DNA from: Callorhinchus milii
Lineage: Eukaryota
Reading direction: 5' to 3'
Assembly: GCF_018977255.1 (NCBI RefSeq)
Contig: NW_024704742.1
Span: 24,058,001 to 24,122,000 of the forward strand
DNA length: 64,000 bases
Shown here: positions 23,006-36,375 of the stretch, one piece after another
How the letters are laid out: each line of letters begins with the position of its first letter
How positions within the stretch are numbered: the first letter of the stretch is position 1
Made by a program: the position numbers and the translations under genes
The notes under the pieces: model-generated
Databases searched by the model: none
What the model was told of the DNA's origin: nothing
The model's input: the letters and a program-made list of their open reading frames with translations, nothing else

Positions 23006-23279
23006 TGTTTAAAGGATTAGAAGGATTTCTCCTACACTCCCAACAGAAGCAATGTTTGATTAACTCCTTCAATAAACGCTGCACAATTATGTAGTTAGGA
23101 ATGGGATTAAAAGTTATAAGGATATAATGAAATGCATAGACCAAAGTGGGGCCAAGGCCAGAGGGTACGGGACTCAGTTGAAAACTGGAGATATGAGGAC
23201 AGGGAGATATTCTGAAGGTTTATTGGATTACCTTGGAAGATTTATGTAAAACTTCACCCCAGGAGATAGCTGGAGCTCA

Positions 23280-25055
23280 TAAGAAATGATAGAGGAGAAA
23301 AAGACCAGGGTCCAACTAGTTTGCCTTCCTCCTTCCTGGCAGTCGTATGCACATGTTTCAAACTACCTATGTACTATATTCCATAATGTTATTTACTAAA
23401 AGAAATCTATCTAATCTGTGTTTGAAGGAATCAACATTTCCTGCTTCAACCTTGTAGTTGATATAGCGCCTTATTGGGAGCCCGGCCAGGTTTACCATTC
23501 ACTCACTGAAATAGTGTTTCCATAGATTCGTTCTGAATTTATCCCCTTTCAATCTCAGGCTGTGTCCTCTGGTTTTACTATTCTGGACTTGTTGAAACAG
23601 CTGGTCATAATGTTCATTGCCTAGCCCCTTATAATCTTAAAGATACCGCCTCTCAATATTCTCTTTTCCAGCATGAACATGCCCAATTTACTTAGTCGCT
23701 CCTCATAATCCAGTCCCTCCATTCCCTCAATCATTCTGGTAGCCCACTTCTGTATCCTCTCGATTTCTCCCATATTCTTTTTGTACTGCAGCGACCAGAA
23801 CTGTACACAGTACTCCAAATACGGTCTCACGGGTGATTTATATAGTGGCAGGATTACCCCACTATTTCAGCTTGCTATTGATCTTTTGATACATCAATAT
23901 CTGTTTTGCTTTACTCACTGCCACAGAGCATTGTTATGAGAGCTTAAATTTATTGTCAATCAGGATCCCCAGGTCCTTTTCATTCTCCATACATACCCAA
24001 ACGAGATTCACAAGGATGATCCCAGAACTGAGAGATTATACCTATCAGGAAAGGCTGAACATGCTTGGACTCTTCTCGTAAAAAGAGGAGGATAAGGAGT
24101 GACCCAATAGAGGTCTTTAAATTTATGAAAGGTTTTGATAGGGTAGACATAGGTAAGCTGTTTCCACTTATGGGAGAGACCAAAACCAGGGGCCATCAAT
24201 ATAAAATAGTCACAAACAGATCAAATAGGGAAGTTAGGAGAAATGTCTTCACATAGAGGAATGTGGAACATGCTACCACAAGGAGTTGTTGAGGGAAATA
24301 GCATAGATGTATTTAAGGGAAAGCTAATAGGTACATGAGGGAGAAAGGAATAGAAGGTTATGCTTGAAGGCTTAGTTGAGGAAGGGCAGGAGGAGGCTCA
24401 TGTGGAGCATAAACACCAACATAGCCCAGTTGGATCGAATGGCTTGTTTCTGTTCTGTATATTCTAATGTATTCTAATGTATATTATTCTCCTTCTGATC
24501 AAATAATAGTCGCTTCCTGGATTTTTTGTCCCATGTGAAGTACTTTACATTTCTCCACATTGAATTTCATCTGCCATCGATCTGCTCAATTTCCAAGTAC
24601 GTTCAAATCCTCCTGTAATCTGTCGTGTTCAGCTCTGCAATCAACTACCTTCATTAGCTTGGTATCATCAGCAAACATAGCCACTTTGGTTGCGACTCCT
24701 AGTTCTAGATCATTTATAACATATGTTAAAACAAAAGAGGTCTGAAAACAGATACTTGTGGAACTCCACTGGTGACATTTTACCAGTCTGATGACATTCC
24801 ATGTACACCAACCGCTGGATTCTTCCGGTCAACCAGTTACGTATCCATTGTAACATACTTTCAGATTCCCACTTTCGTTACTTTCAGTACCAGCGTCACA
24901 AAAGGAACTGTACCAAAGGCCTTACTGAAATTCAGATATTCAAAATCCACAGCCTTACCATAATCAAGTTCCCTTGTCACACCATCAAAGAAAACCAGTA
25001 AATTAGATTGGCAAGATTTCCCCTTCATGAATCCAGGTTGGTTACCATGATTGTG
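23280..25055 (-). mobile_element. Decayed CR1 LINE ORF2 (RT region to 3' end), interrupted by a second CR1
   Basis: ORF remnants QPGFMKGKSCQSNLL...YLNFSKAFGTVP (RT) and RPYLEYCVQFWS...IERIQKWATRMIEGMEGLDYEERLSKLG. Confidence 0.9.
24003..24482 (+). mobile_element. CR1 3' fragment nested in opposite orientation
   Basis: The ORF KRRIRSDPIEVFKFMKGFDRVDIGKLFPLMGETKTRGHQYKI ends in (attctaatgt)2. Confidence 0.9.
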
Positions 25056-25119
25056 GTCTGTCATGATCGTGGTCTGTACATTGTCGGTGGTTGGAGCAGA
25101 TTTGTTAGACTAGACTTTT

Positions 25120-26940
25120 CCAATAAAGTGGATTCTACCACTTACCCCAGGCTCCTGTTCTCCACCACCAACCAGCGCCTCCGCTCTCCTCGCCACGCCT
25201 CGCACATTCTTTCCTCTGACTCCCACTGCGAGAAAATGCTGGACTTCCTCGAGTCCAAAATCGAGGGAATCCGCTCAGCTGCCACTGCCCTCCCAACTTC
25301 CACCCCCTCCCTACCCCCCGCCCACACTCTGACAACTATCCATCCCTCCTTCCACACCTTTGAACCAGTCACCCCCTGCTCTGTCTTCACAACCATATCC
25401 TCCACGAAGCCCACCACCTGCTCCCTGGACGCCATCCACATTCCTCTCCTTAAATCCCAGCTCCACCTCCTTGCACCGCTACTCGCCGACATCATCAACC
25501 TCTCCCTGTCATCTGGCACTGTTCCTACCCCCCTCAAAACGGCCACTATCACCTCCACCTTGAAGAAATCTTCCCTTGACCCATCACAGCTAACGGCCCA
25601 TCCCAAACCTGGCTTTCCTGTCCAAGGTCCTTGAGAGAGCCGTTGCCTCCCAGCTCCGCTCTTTCCTCTCCTCCCACTACCTCTATGAATCCCTCCAATC
25701 GGGTTTTGGTACTGCCCACAGCATGGAACTGCTCTGGTCAAGGTCACAAAACGAGATTCTGACCATGTGCAATCAGGGCTCCCTCTGCCTCCTTGTCCTC
25801 CTCGACCTCTCCGCCGCCTTTGACACTGTGGACTATTCAATCCTCCTCCATTGCCTCTCCTCCCACCTCAACCTTCAAGGTTCTGTCCTTGACTGGTTCA
25901 GGTCCTATCTTTCACACCACCTGCACTTCGTCACAGCAAACGGTTTCTCCTCCAGCTCCCGCCCCATCTCGTGGGGTGTTCCTCAGGGCTCTGTCCTCGG
26001 TCCCTTCCTCTTCACCCTCAACATGCTCCCCCTTGGTGATGTCATCCAGACATGGGGTAAATTTCCACATGTATGCGGATGACATACAACTATCTCTCTG
26101 CATCCACCCTCAACTCCAGTACTGGGGACCTGACCGACTGCCTGTCCGACATCAAGTCCTGGACGAGGGACAACTTTCTCAACTCAATGTCAGCAAGACC
26201 GAGGCATCTCAGGCGCTGGCAGCATCAGCATCCACAGCTGCACACTCAACCTCACGAAGCCAGTCAGGAACCTGGGTGTCTTGTTTGACTCTGAACTGTC
26301 CTTTCTCCACATCCCCACATCCGCTTCATGACCGGCACTGCCTACCACCACCTCCGCAACATTGCCAGACTCCACCACTGCCTCACCCCTCAGGCTGCCG
26401 AAACCCTCACCAACGCATTCGTCACATCAAGGCTCGATTAAGGAAACTCTCTCCTCATCGGCCTTCCCAACTCTTCCCTTCACAAGCTGCAGATCATCCA
26501 AAACTCTGCAGTTTGTGTACTCTCACGCACCAGGCTCCGTGTCCCCATCACACCCACCCTCGCCCAACTCCACTGGCTCCCCATCCCTCAGAGGATTGAA
26601 TTCAAGATCCTCGTCCTCACTTCAGCGGGTTCTGGTCTGCTCCATGTCTCCCACCCAATCCGTCCTGCCATCAGTGGCCAGGCTTTCACCTCCCTGCCCC
26701 CACACTCTGGAACTTCATCCCACAGTCCCTTTGCCTCTCTTCCTCCCTTGCCTCCTTCAAGGCTGGTCTCAAGACCCTTCTTTTCGATCGTGCCTTTGGT
26801 CGCTCTCCCACCTCTCTGCCTTCCCTCACCCCTACCCCACCCCTTTCCCATGCTCGGGTCCCAACCTCTGACTGTCCAGCGCTTTGGTACGTCCTCCTGA
26901 CGTGAAAGGCCCTTTATAGATGTAATTTTGTTGTTGTTAT
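25120..26940 (+). mobile_element. L2 LINE, 5'-truncated ~1.8 kb: frameshifted RT-containing ORF2 plus 3' tail
   Basis: RT motifs LLVLLDLSAAFDTVD, GVPQGSVLGP and FHMYADDIQL. Upstream linker KPTTCSLDAI...LADIINLSLSSGTVP. Tail gacgtgaaaggccctttatagatgtaatt(ttg)n. Confidence 0.95.
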
Positions 26941-27379
26941 TGTAGAAAATACATGTCCAGAAGTGTAGGATAGCACAGCATTTACTGATATGTTTGACTT
27001 CCTTATTTTGAAAAGAGAAAAAGAGAAATTACTTGACCACTCAGCCTTTAAAACCACATTCATGGGACTGTCAGTCAGCAAATGCTTACATCATACCACC
27101 TAAATAATATCACTGGCAGCAGATCCAGTCTGGTTAAAGGAGATGCTAGGAATACATTTGGAGGAGCTGATCATTGCATCAAAGAAAATTGACAGAGATT
27201 GAGGTGGACCCCCATCAGCAGCCTCTAAATTAAAAAAAAGTCTCGTCGCTATGACCAGAAATAATTGAATTATCACAGAAATCTTGAACCTACAGACTCA
27301 AATTCTCCTTTCTATTCTCACGTGTGCTCCATCATATGATGTATACGTTTTAGGAAAACAATCGTCCCCCCTCCCCCCC

Positions 27380-27770
27380 TCCATTCTTCCACTAAAGCAG
27401 TTCAGTCAAGTTGAGGGTATTTCCACAGGCCCCAGTACTTCAACTACGGAAGTGTGGAGAGGATATCTCAGCCAAACCCACTGATCTCCTTAACCAATGT
27501 ACATGCACAACTCCTCTTCTTCCCCCCAGCCAACACACAAATAAACCAAAGATGCCCAACAGTAGCAGTGGTCATTTGATTGGGATTGGGAACCCTTGGC
27601 TGATTTTCCCCCTGCTTCGTCTAGAAGTGCAGAGACCCAACGATAGGGCTACAACTGCTGCATCAGCTGAAAGCAGCTATCAGCACACATCACAATTAGA
27701 ACCTCTGACCATCTGGCCCGCATGTCTTCGTGCTCCTGTCTGGGTGGTCTCTTAATCCAGACCACTGAGA
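27380..27770 (-). mobile_element. AmnSINE2-like ancient SINE, degraded
   Basis: gggaacccttggctgattttcccc and cagctgaaagcagctatcagcaca are reverse matches to the recalled AmnSINE2 core. Related to 37810-38030. Confidence 0.55.
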
Positions 27771-28399
27771 GATAAAGAAGTAAATTTGTTTTCAATATTT
27801 TTTGAGTGAAATAACCTAATTAACTTCACCAAGAGTGCCATTAATGTTTTGTAATACTTCAATTTTTAATAGGTTTTCTTACTCTCTCAAACCCTCAATT
27901 CCACCACCAAAGAAAAACAACTATTTATTTAGCAGTTTGACTTCACGTAGTATTGCTTATCCAGTTAAAAAATGTAGTGTGAATCAGCATACAGATCGGT
28001 TTTATTGGTCTGTAAACCACCACAGTTGGTAGGTCACCATTCCTTCCTTCTAGTAATAGATGACCTACACTAGCCTTGCTGGCTCTCAAAGGCTATATAA
28101 TCATTAATTAAAAGCTCAAAGTCACTGCAATTTTTATGTTACAAAACTAAAGCCCAATTATTTTTCATGTGTTCAAGATTACAAAGATTCCTTTTACATG
28201 ATAACATTGCTCACAGAGGGAGCTTCACAAGTTATACTGAATTTACTTCACAGCCTACACAATACTTCAAAAGGTGTGAGGATGAATTTCTCGGAAGGCA
28301 CAAGTTTATTCCTCTGCTCTTGGCCATCCTAGCAGAGATCTAGGTCAATACGTGCTGACATGAGATATAAATGGGAATAAAAATGCATAACATTTTCAG

Positions 28400-28560
28400 C
28401 AAAAGAAAAAAACTGAAGATGCTAGAAATCTGAAAGAGAAAGAAAAGGACAGAAAATCAATCAGCATCTTTCAAAGAAAATTAAGGAATATTTCAGGCAT
28501 TTCTAAAGTTTCTCTTCCCAGAAAATGAATGCTTCCAACTTCCGAAGCACATGAATTTTT
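28400..28560. mobile_element. Penelope-like repeat remnant
   Basis: aaactgaagatgctagaaatctgaaa...cagcatct matches the left arm of the 45060 family. A right-arm remnant lies at 29760-29865 (acctgaaatactaactct...atttcagatttccagca). Confidence 0.45.
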
Positions 28561-31500
28561 TCTCTTTTTAAAAAAAAGTCATTTGGCTGAGAGGGCAAGT
28601 GGCTAACAAGATGCTCATCAGACACAACATATTTACCAGACAGGTCAAGAGAGTTATTTGCAGAGTGTGGTCAGGATATTTTTAGATTCATAGTAGGTGA
28701 GCGTCTGCAAGTTACCTTTAATCTGTTTCAGAGAGTCAAGAAGTGGGTGATGTGCTCTGAGCAGTCATTTGATCTTAAGTGCTTTGCTCATAAAGAAATC
28801 TCACCAGTGCAGTGCTTTTTGTGAGAATCATGAAATGGTTAATTGTTGTCTCCATATTTCTGTGTTTGGGTGCTTCTTCAAACAAAGCAAAACACTGAGG
28901 ATTTCTCTTTTGGTGGGATAAAAGAAGATACTCCAGCATAAAAAGATTATTTCCAGCATCTTTTCTAACCTCAAGAGAAGACAAAGAGAAGTTGGACTTG
29001 TACTCTGAATACACCTTGTAAAACCCTTTTCAAATTGAATTCCACCGTGTAAATTTATTTATTCATTGGTTCTATAAAGTACATTCAATGGAATTTAACA
29101 CACACACACCCACATTGAGTGATTTTGCTGTGAATAAGAAATAAATAACTGACAATGTGCTGCATTCAGAACTACTGATCCCAAAGGTAGCTTGTTTTTT
29201 TTAATGTCCATCAGATACAATGCACCGCAATTTCAGCCTGACATTTCAAATCCAGCACTGACTATTTCACACAGTTTGCAGCAAATATATTCAAGAACTT
29301 TCAAAAGCACTTTCTCATCTACATTTTCCAATATAACAAGAGATTCCAATTCTAGTTTGCCCTTACTAGAGTCATCAAATAGTAAAATCTAATTGATCTT
29401 TATTTCATATGCAAGTTTAAACCCATAGAATAAATACTGCACAGTCCTCTGCAATTGCCAGGTGACTGCAGCTCCTTTTTGGTTGAGCCGCTCTGTAACG
29501 CATTTCTAGAATGTAGAAATGCACAACTGTTCAAAGTGACAGTTGTCCCAAACTGAAGTATAGCCCAAATATTACATTACATTCCAGAGATACTGAAACT
29601 CATTCTTGAAGAGCTTTTTTTTAGGGGAAAGGAGAAAAGATAAGATTAAGAAGAAATGGTGCAATAAAACAAATTCGGAACTAAGCAAAATGTCAAATAT
29701 AATCTTGTGTTATCCTTTTATGATTCAGTTTCTTTCTGTCTCTCACTAGTACTGGTCTAGGGCAAACCTGAAATACTAACTCTAGTTTTCTCTCTCAGGT
29801 ACTAACTGATCCATGAATTTCCAAGAGTTTCTGTTCATATTTCAGATTTCCAGCACACAATGTTTTTATCCCAGATTCAGGCCAATTTAGTGTGAAACTT
29901 ACCCCCACCCCACCCATTCCAAAAAATAATCAGGAAATCTAGAAACCAAATTCAAATGTTAAAATAGTAGCAGACCAAAAGTGAGCAGTGATTAACATAA
30001 GAATGTGTACTCTGATTAACATGAGAAGGCTTTCATACAAGAAAAAAAAACTAAAAACTGAAGGTGAACTGGCATTTGAGATGAACAAAGGGTTACATTT
30101 GATAGTAAAGCTCTGATGGAAAAAGCACATATTGTATTACTCAGCAGCTTGACTTAAAGGGCACCACTACAGTGAGAGAGCAAAACAATAAATAAATGAC
30201 ATTTCTATTAAAGAAATCGTGCAATGTCAGGTTGGATTGTACGGGTACAGGTATGACTGGAGGCAACGTAAGAATGCTCTCAGACCAGGAAATAAAGCAC
30301 TGAACAAACTGAAGAGCTGTTTCCAAATGTGTCTGAAAATATTCAAGGAAGCTTCAATCCTGTTGTTGGGAAATGATGTATGCTGATGCAGCAAAAGGTA
30401 CTCTGAACAAATGTGCTGCAGTATAATCCTTACAAAAGTGCATGATATAAACCTACAAGTCACATCTTAACTGCTTTGCTTAAAGGAAATGGGTGGCCAT
30501 ATTCTCAGGGAGCACTGCTACTTTGAATTTCACAAGTTTCCATTTTAGGCACAGGCCCTCGTGCTGACCAGGAATTCTTTCTTCTCTTGCTCTCTACATT
30601 CCTGGCCAATTTTAAACATGTTATATGATATAAAGGGAAGTTAATTCAAATTGTGTAGCCCAATAACAAAAGATGTTAAATTATCGATTATTTTATAGGT
30701 TAAGGTCACTTATGGGATAAATTTACTAAAATCAATGTTAGATTCATAATGATGTGTGCTTTTATGATATATCTACATAGTTTCAAGTACATATCGTTTA
30801 ACTTTTTGGTTAGGATATAGAAAAATGTTTATCAGTTTTAATATCAGAACGTAATATAAATTTATAATATTTCTCCATAGTTTCACATATCTCTGATATT
30901 TGGGTTATTGAAAATTAGACAGTTAAAAAGGTTAGAAAAATCAAAATAGATCTTTAAAACAAATCTAAACTGATTCAATTTCCAATACACAATCACTTCT
31001 GTATTCAATTACCTTAGAACCCCTTCAAAGTCCTTCACAGCTACAAAACAAATGTTCTGTATGGACTCATTAGGTAAGAACCCATAAATGGTGTTAAAAT
31101 AGGTGAAGATAGATCTGAGGTCTTCAGTGCTTAATAAAAAATACCCTGCAGTTATTACACTGACTTTGGTTATTAACAACTCTGGCACTAAGTCAACTTG
31201 ACTTGATTCAATGAAACCAATAACCCTAAATGGATAGTCACAATCTTTTTCGCAGCACAACAGCGACTAAAAGTATATTGTTTGTTCGCTCATTCCTGAT
31301 GTACATCAACCATTTGAATAAACACTGTCACAAAATTGATATCAATGAGGAGCCTTCAGAGAAACCAAAATCACTTAGCCTCAGATTTACCTCTTCTACA
31401 ATGCACTGAAACACTCAAAAATGTTACACAACTAACATTAACAACTCAGCTGGCAAAAATACAAAATGTCAAAATAATGCATTAATCATATATAATAAAA

Positions 31501-31749
31501 TTAGCTACTGGACCCCAGGAAAGAGTGCACAGACAAGTCAAAAAATTTCTGCACCAAACAAACTGCACATTTGTATATATGTATTTCAAACGGAACATTT
31601 CACATGCTTTTACACCTCAGTTTCTCTCTTACCAATCTTCACTTCAATTTGTTCCTCCTTCAAGTTTTTCCTTATTTCCTCCCCATTGTTATTATTATCA
31701 AGTTTCTCCCATTCATAGCAACTGATTTGGGTCAAGTCTGCGGGTATGC

Positions 31750-32040
31750 CAGGGTTACAACACAGAGGTGACAGTAAATACAACTTATTAAAGACCAATC
31801 TGTTCCCAAATCCATTACAGAGTACAAAAAAAATGGGCTCCAACAATATTGGGAGGACGTTTTGCATGCAATCACCACAACATACAAGCAACTGTACTCA
31901 ACTCCCTATTGGCAAAGTATCCTCAGCATAATATTGAGTTAATGAGAATCGCCTGGGAAGCAGATCTGCAGGACCCAATGTCCGTCTCGGATTGGGAACA
32001 AGCGTGCAAGCTGGCTCACACAAGTTACAGCCAGTTGCAT
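31750..32040 (+). mobile_element. L1/Tx1-type LINE ORF2 C-terminal fragment
   Basis: The peptide IELMRIAWEADLQDPMSVSDWEQACKLAHTS fits the WExDL-x7-W pattern found upstream of the C-terminal zinc finger in fish L1 ORF2. Confidence 0.5.
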
Positions 32041-33049
32041 TCTGGAGAGCTGTAGCCTCTACAGTACTCGACAATAAACCTTTTGGAATTGGCTAAAGAT
32101 GCAAAGATTTGGGGCTTCTGTACTTCGTGCAATCAACAAGGTATGAAGGTTCAGGTGGACCTGTCTGCTGGATGCCAACAAGTCAACTGCAAGGGCACAG
32201 GCGTCCGAGCCCTGCTGTGCAAACACATGGATTCACCAAAAGAGGCTATGTGGAAGAAGCAGAAATGGGAGACTGCTCTTGAAGATAAGTTACATAGCAA
32301 CCCCCGCCAATAGAGATGGCTACATTCCTTCACTCACACACACGGGTTTACAGGGGTTGCCGACTTCTTCTTCAGCTCCCAGCCCCATCCTCCTCTGGAA
32401 TACGCCATCTGTTGCCCATCCCCATTGTCCTGATATTTATTAATGTTTAAATAATAGTAACATATACTAATTACTGAATTATAAATAATTTTCAGCACAA
32501 TATATGGGAACACTGTACATAAAAAATGATTAAGTAGAAAGTTTGCATCACTACGTTTGACTGATGCTTTATTTTAAATATATTATTTTAAAAAATCACC
32601 TCTGGAAGTGATGGCATTGAAGACATTTTACACATACTTCTCAACCAGTTCTTCACAACTGGTAACTCTGAAATTTCCATTATAGAGGTTCAATTAGCGG
32701 AGGCAATGACCTTAGAATAGTCTGGAGACTAATACAACCAAAAAGCAGATTAACTGGTTGGGAGGCAGATATTTGACCGCTTCCATGTACAGCATATGCA
32801 ACACAAAAATTATCAAGCCGGGTAGATGGAAGTATCCTACCACAGAGCTGGAGGAGTATAAAGTTGTGAAAGTTATGTAGGCTATGCTATTACTCTGGCA
32901 CACCGGTTGGGGTAATATCTATGGCTGTCCTATAAGTAGATATGGGCGTTTGTGTATGCATAAGAGGGAAGGGAGTAGACGGATATAAGAGAGGTTGACG
33001 TGGGGTATAAAAAACAGAAGAGCGGGCGGAGGAACGAGGAAGAACAAGG

Positions 33050-33430
33050 TAGAGCCCAACCAGTCACAAGACTGCAGGCTGACAGTCACCTCAGCCCATC
33101 GCTAATTGATCCCCTTCCCATCTAATGGGAACAGCAATGGGAGGGAGGATATGCCGCAGTCGCTCCTCTGCTAGTATTTTGCAGCCAAACAAAGGAAGAT
33201 ACATTTTACTGAATTCCATGAGATACATGATTTTAACTCCTAGGTTAAAATTCTTGGTGTCCTGTTTAGTTAGTTAACATTATTTCAATTGAAACATTAT
33301 TACATGTTTTTATACGGCATTGGCGGGTCTCCTCTGCTGGGCGGGAATGGTACTTCGGTTACTCTCGGACACCTTGGAAGCCAGACAAAACATTCGTTCC
33401 CTATGCGTCCGGCTTAAGCGGCTTCCACTA
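33050..33430 (-). mobile_element. Partial second copy of the Tc1/mariner-type MITE at 49437-50050
   Basis: The reverse complement of 33405-33430 (tagtggaagccgcttaagccggacgc) matches the TIR cagtggaagccatttaagccggatac at 21/26. Internal blocks (tgttttgtc, ttccc.cccagc.gaggag, caattagcg, cttgtga.tgg) are collinear. Confidence 0.8.
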
Positions 33431-33517
33431 AAGTTGCGATCCAAGCACAACATTTGCACTTCATTATTTGGTCGTTCCAGGTCAAATCACTCAGTGTTTC
33501 ATAGAATTGTGTTTACG

Positions 33518-33640
33518 TAAGAACATAAGAATTAGGAGCAGGAGTAGGCCATTTGGCCCTTCGTGCCTGCTCCGCCATTCAATAAGATCATGGTTGATCT
33601 TCTCACCTAACTCTAATTACCTATCCCCATATCCCATAAG
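33518..33640 (-). mobile_element. CR1 extreme 3' end
   Basis: taagaacataagaattaggagcaggagtaggccatttggccc...aataagatcatggttgatct; octamer tail TTCTTATG on the minus strand. Confidence 0.85.
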
Positions 33641-35386
33641 AATGAATGACTCATTCTTACGAAATTTAGTGTGAATGTTGCCTCCACACCGAAAAACTAA
33701 TTAAGGCTGTTAATTTCTAACCTAATCCAAGATCTTAATACCAAGCATTCAATGGTTCAAGTTTGAATTCTGCTCAATTATTAAAAATCCCAGATATCTG
33801 TTCTTATTTGTCTTATAAAGACATCCCAACTTTGCTTTCTTCAAAATTAAAAAGTTTATTTTCATGAGAAAGACGACGATGTCTCTCTCTCTCACACACA
33901 TACACACACTCTCCCTTTTGAAGCAGAGAAAACCAAAAGTATAATTTTTTTTAGAAAACAATTCTTAAACCCCAGGGTGAACAAATCAACCATCAAAAGC
34001 GAAGCAGATGCACAGTACTAACTGTTTTCCAGGTTGATCTTTGAAACAGATCAGGGTCAGCACTTGAATTTTTAAAACTGTTCCACAGCTTTTCATTCAA
34101 CACACTGACACTCAGCTGGGAATATTGAAAGCACAGGAACTGCCTAAATATGGAAATCTTGAAAGGGAAACTCAATATACTGCACTTCACTTTTCGTTAC
34201 ATTAAAGTTTAAATCTTGGATCCAAGATTAATGAAGCAGTCCACGATACTGTAATTCTTAATGCGAACACAAACTTGGAATACACAAGGTTACTACATTG
34301 GACAAGATTTCCTCATTACATGAATTCCTTCAAGAAATCCATTTTGCACAATCTTTATTACACTTCAAACTTTCGAATAGGGGCGGGGAGAGCACAACAA
34401 CTAGCATTTATAAAGCGTCCTTCATGTAGGATAAGGTTTGTTATTGGTGTTAAAAATGTTAATGTTGGTTACAAATACTTTAAATATATGTAACCTCTAA
34501 TCTCAGGAAACGTGTTAACTTCAATTTGTAGTTTAACTTATTTAGAACGCAATAACCTTAGCAGTTTCAATGAACTGCACCACAAATAACTAACTCATTT
34601 GTATTTTCAGGAAACTGATCGTTCCTCTTGAAGATCAATAACATCTTAAAAATGTCAATTGTCACATCAGCTAAAGATTAACTCTTGTACAACAGTGCAA
34701 TAAGATTTATGATGGTTTTAAAAAAAACACTATTAGTAGGAACGGTGGCTAAGGAGTAAGATAGCAGAACATCTCTCCATGTTTGACTTCTCAACATGCG
34801 TAAATGGTAACTTAAAGAAAATATTGGAAAAGCAGCTTTTTTTCTGGTATAACCACACCAAATGGCCTATCCTCTTAAGGATGAGTTTTAAAAAAGCACA
34901 AGATAAGACAAAAAGATTACAACACAAGAAACAGCAAAATAGTGAGGGTGGAGAGAATAAACCTTAGGTTATAGTCATTATCTGAAGTCTTCAATATTCA
35001 GCAAGAAAAGAAACACTCAAGATGACAAAGCAAAAGAAAGCAATCAGAAAAAATCAGGAAGAGATCATCACTAGAAAGGGAAGGTAAAAGGGAGAGAGAT
35101 TTGTTTTACATCTATCGATACCTTCTATCTATTATGCATTATATATATTATATATACACTAAAATATATAACATTGATATATATGTACTTATTGTATGTA
35201 CACTAATAACAATTTTGTCTGTCTGCACTTCAAGAAGGATCTCAATAACCAATTGACATAGAAACATGATTTATACCTCATCGGAAAGATCTTGCAACTG
35301 GGAGTGACATGTGCATATTTGTTTTTGGGTAGCTCCTATCATTCATGAGTTATGACCTAAAATGTATTTAAGTTTTGTGTTTTTAG

Positions 35387-35546
35387 CTGCAATTACACCA
35401 GGTGGCCGTGCCGGCTGACTGTGGAGCTGTGGTATTGTGCATCATAGAGCATGTGTGTATGTAATGCACCCACTGCAATTACACCTGGTGGCCATGCCGG
35501 CTGACCGTAGCGCTGTGGAATCCTGCGTCACAGAGCATGCACGTAG
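35387..35546. repeat. Tandem duplication with an 86-bp period, ~1.9 copies
   Basis: ctgcaattacacc[a/t]ggtggcc[g/a]tgccggctgac...gctgtgg...agagcatg starts at 35387 and again at 35473. Confidence 0.9.
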
Positions 35547-36359
35547 CCAAGCAGCGGCTGGAACAAAATAAAGAACACAGACAAAGCTAAGCCGTGGCAA
35601 CAACAACAAAATTAAACTTTTAAAGTGCCTTTCACGTCGGGTGGACGTCCCAGTGATTATAAATTATACATTTATATGTATCATTATAAAGATGCCTTTT
35701 GAGGATAAGTAAAAATGCTCGACAAAGATGAGCCATTAAATGAAACTGAAAAACAAAGAACAGCGCAGCTGCACTTCAATGCTGAAAGGACTGCAACAGC
35801 GCGCCAAATTAGTTGGCCACTCAAAGAACAGTACAACCAAAATGATTCCTCCCGTCCTCCCAGATGAGTATAAAGATATGTCTGTCTGCATGTGTGTTAA
35901 TCTAGATTCCATATTGAATCTGTTGGTTGCAAGTGTAGCTGCAAAATGTACAGCTCGTTTACTATAAATCTATTTAGAAAAGTACCAAAGAAGGTGTACA
36001 TTTACAATAAATGTAAAACAAAAACCACGATTGCATTTTGTTCGAAAAACGTTTTAGTTCGATCACTTTTAACTGATTGCTTCAAAGATTTCTTTAAAAA
36101 TGTATTTAATGCAAGTGAATATTATATCCAGACAACTGAACTCGTTATTCGAGTTTGATTCACTTAAGATTTTCTGCATCCAAAATCGAGGTATGAGGAG
36201 CATTTCACTGAGGCTTTTTGTGTTTGAAGGATGTTGACATGAAGTCCATTAACCAATAACAGTGAATATCAACACAGACCCCTGATGTTTATTATCAATG
36301 AGGCTTTTGGCACTAAGTACCTGAATATCGGGCAAACCTCTTCATTTGTGAAGACACTA

Positions 36360-36375
36360 ACACTAGAGGGCACTC
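36360..36375 (+). promoter_or_regulatory. Candidate CTCF-binding motif
   Basis: ACACTAGAGGGCACTC against the core consensus CCACYAGRKGGCRS; motif match only. Confidence 0.35.

Noticed and set aside
25008..26871. Reverse-transcriptase motifs suggesting an active or domesticated RT system
   Set aside because: The ORF is broken by several frameshifts and stops, is 5'-truncated and ends in a standard L2 tail, so it is a dead LINE copy.
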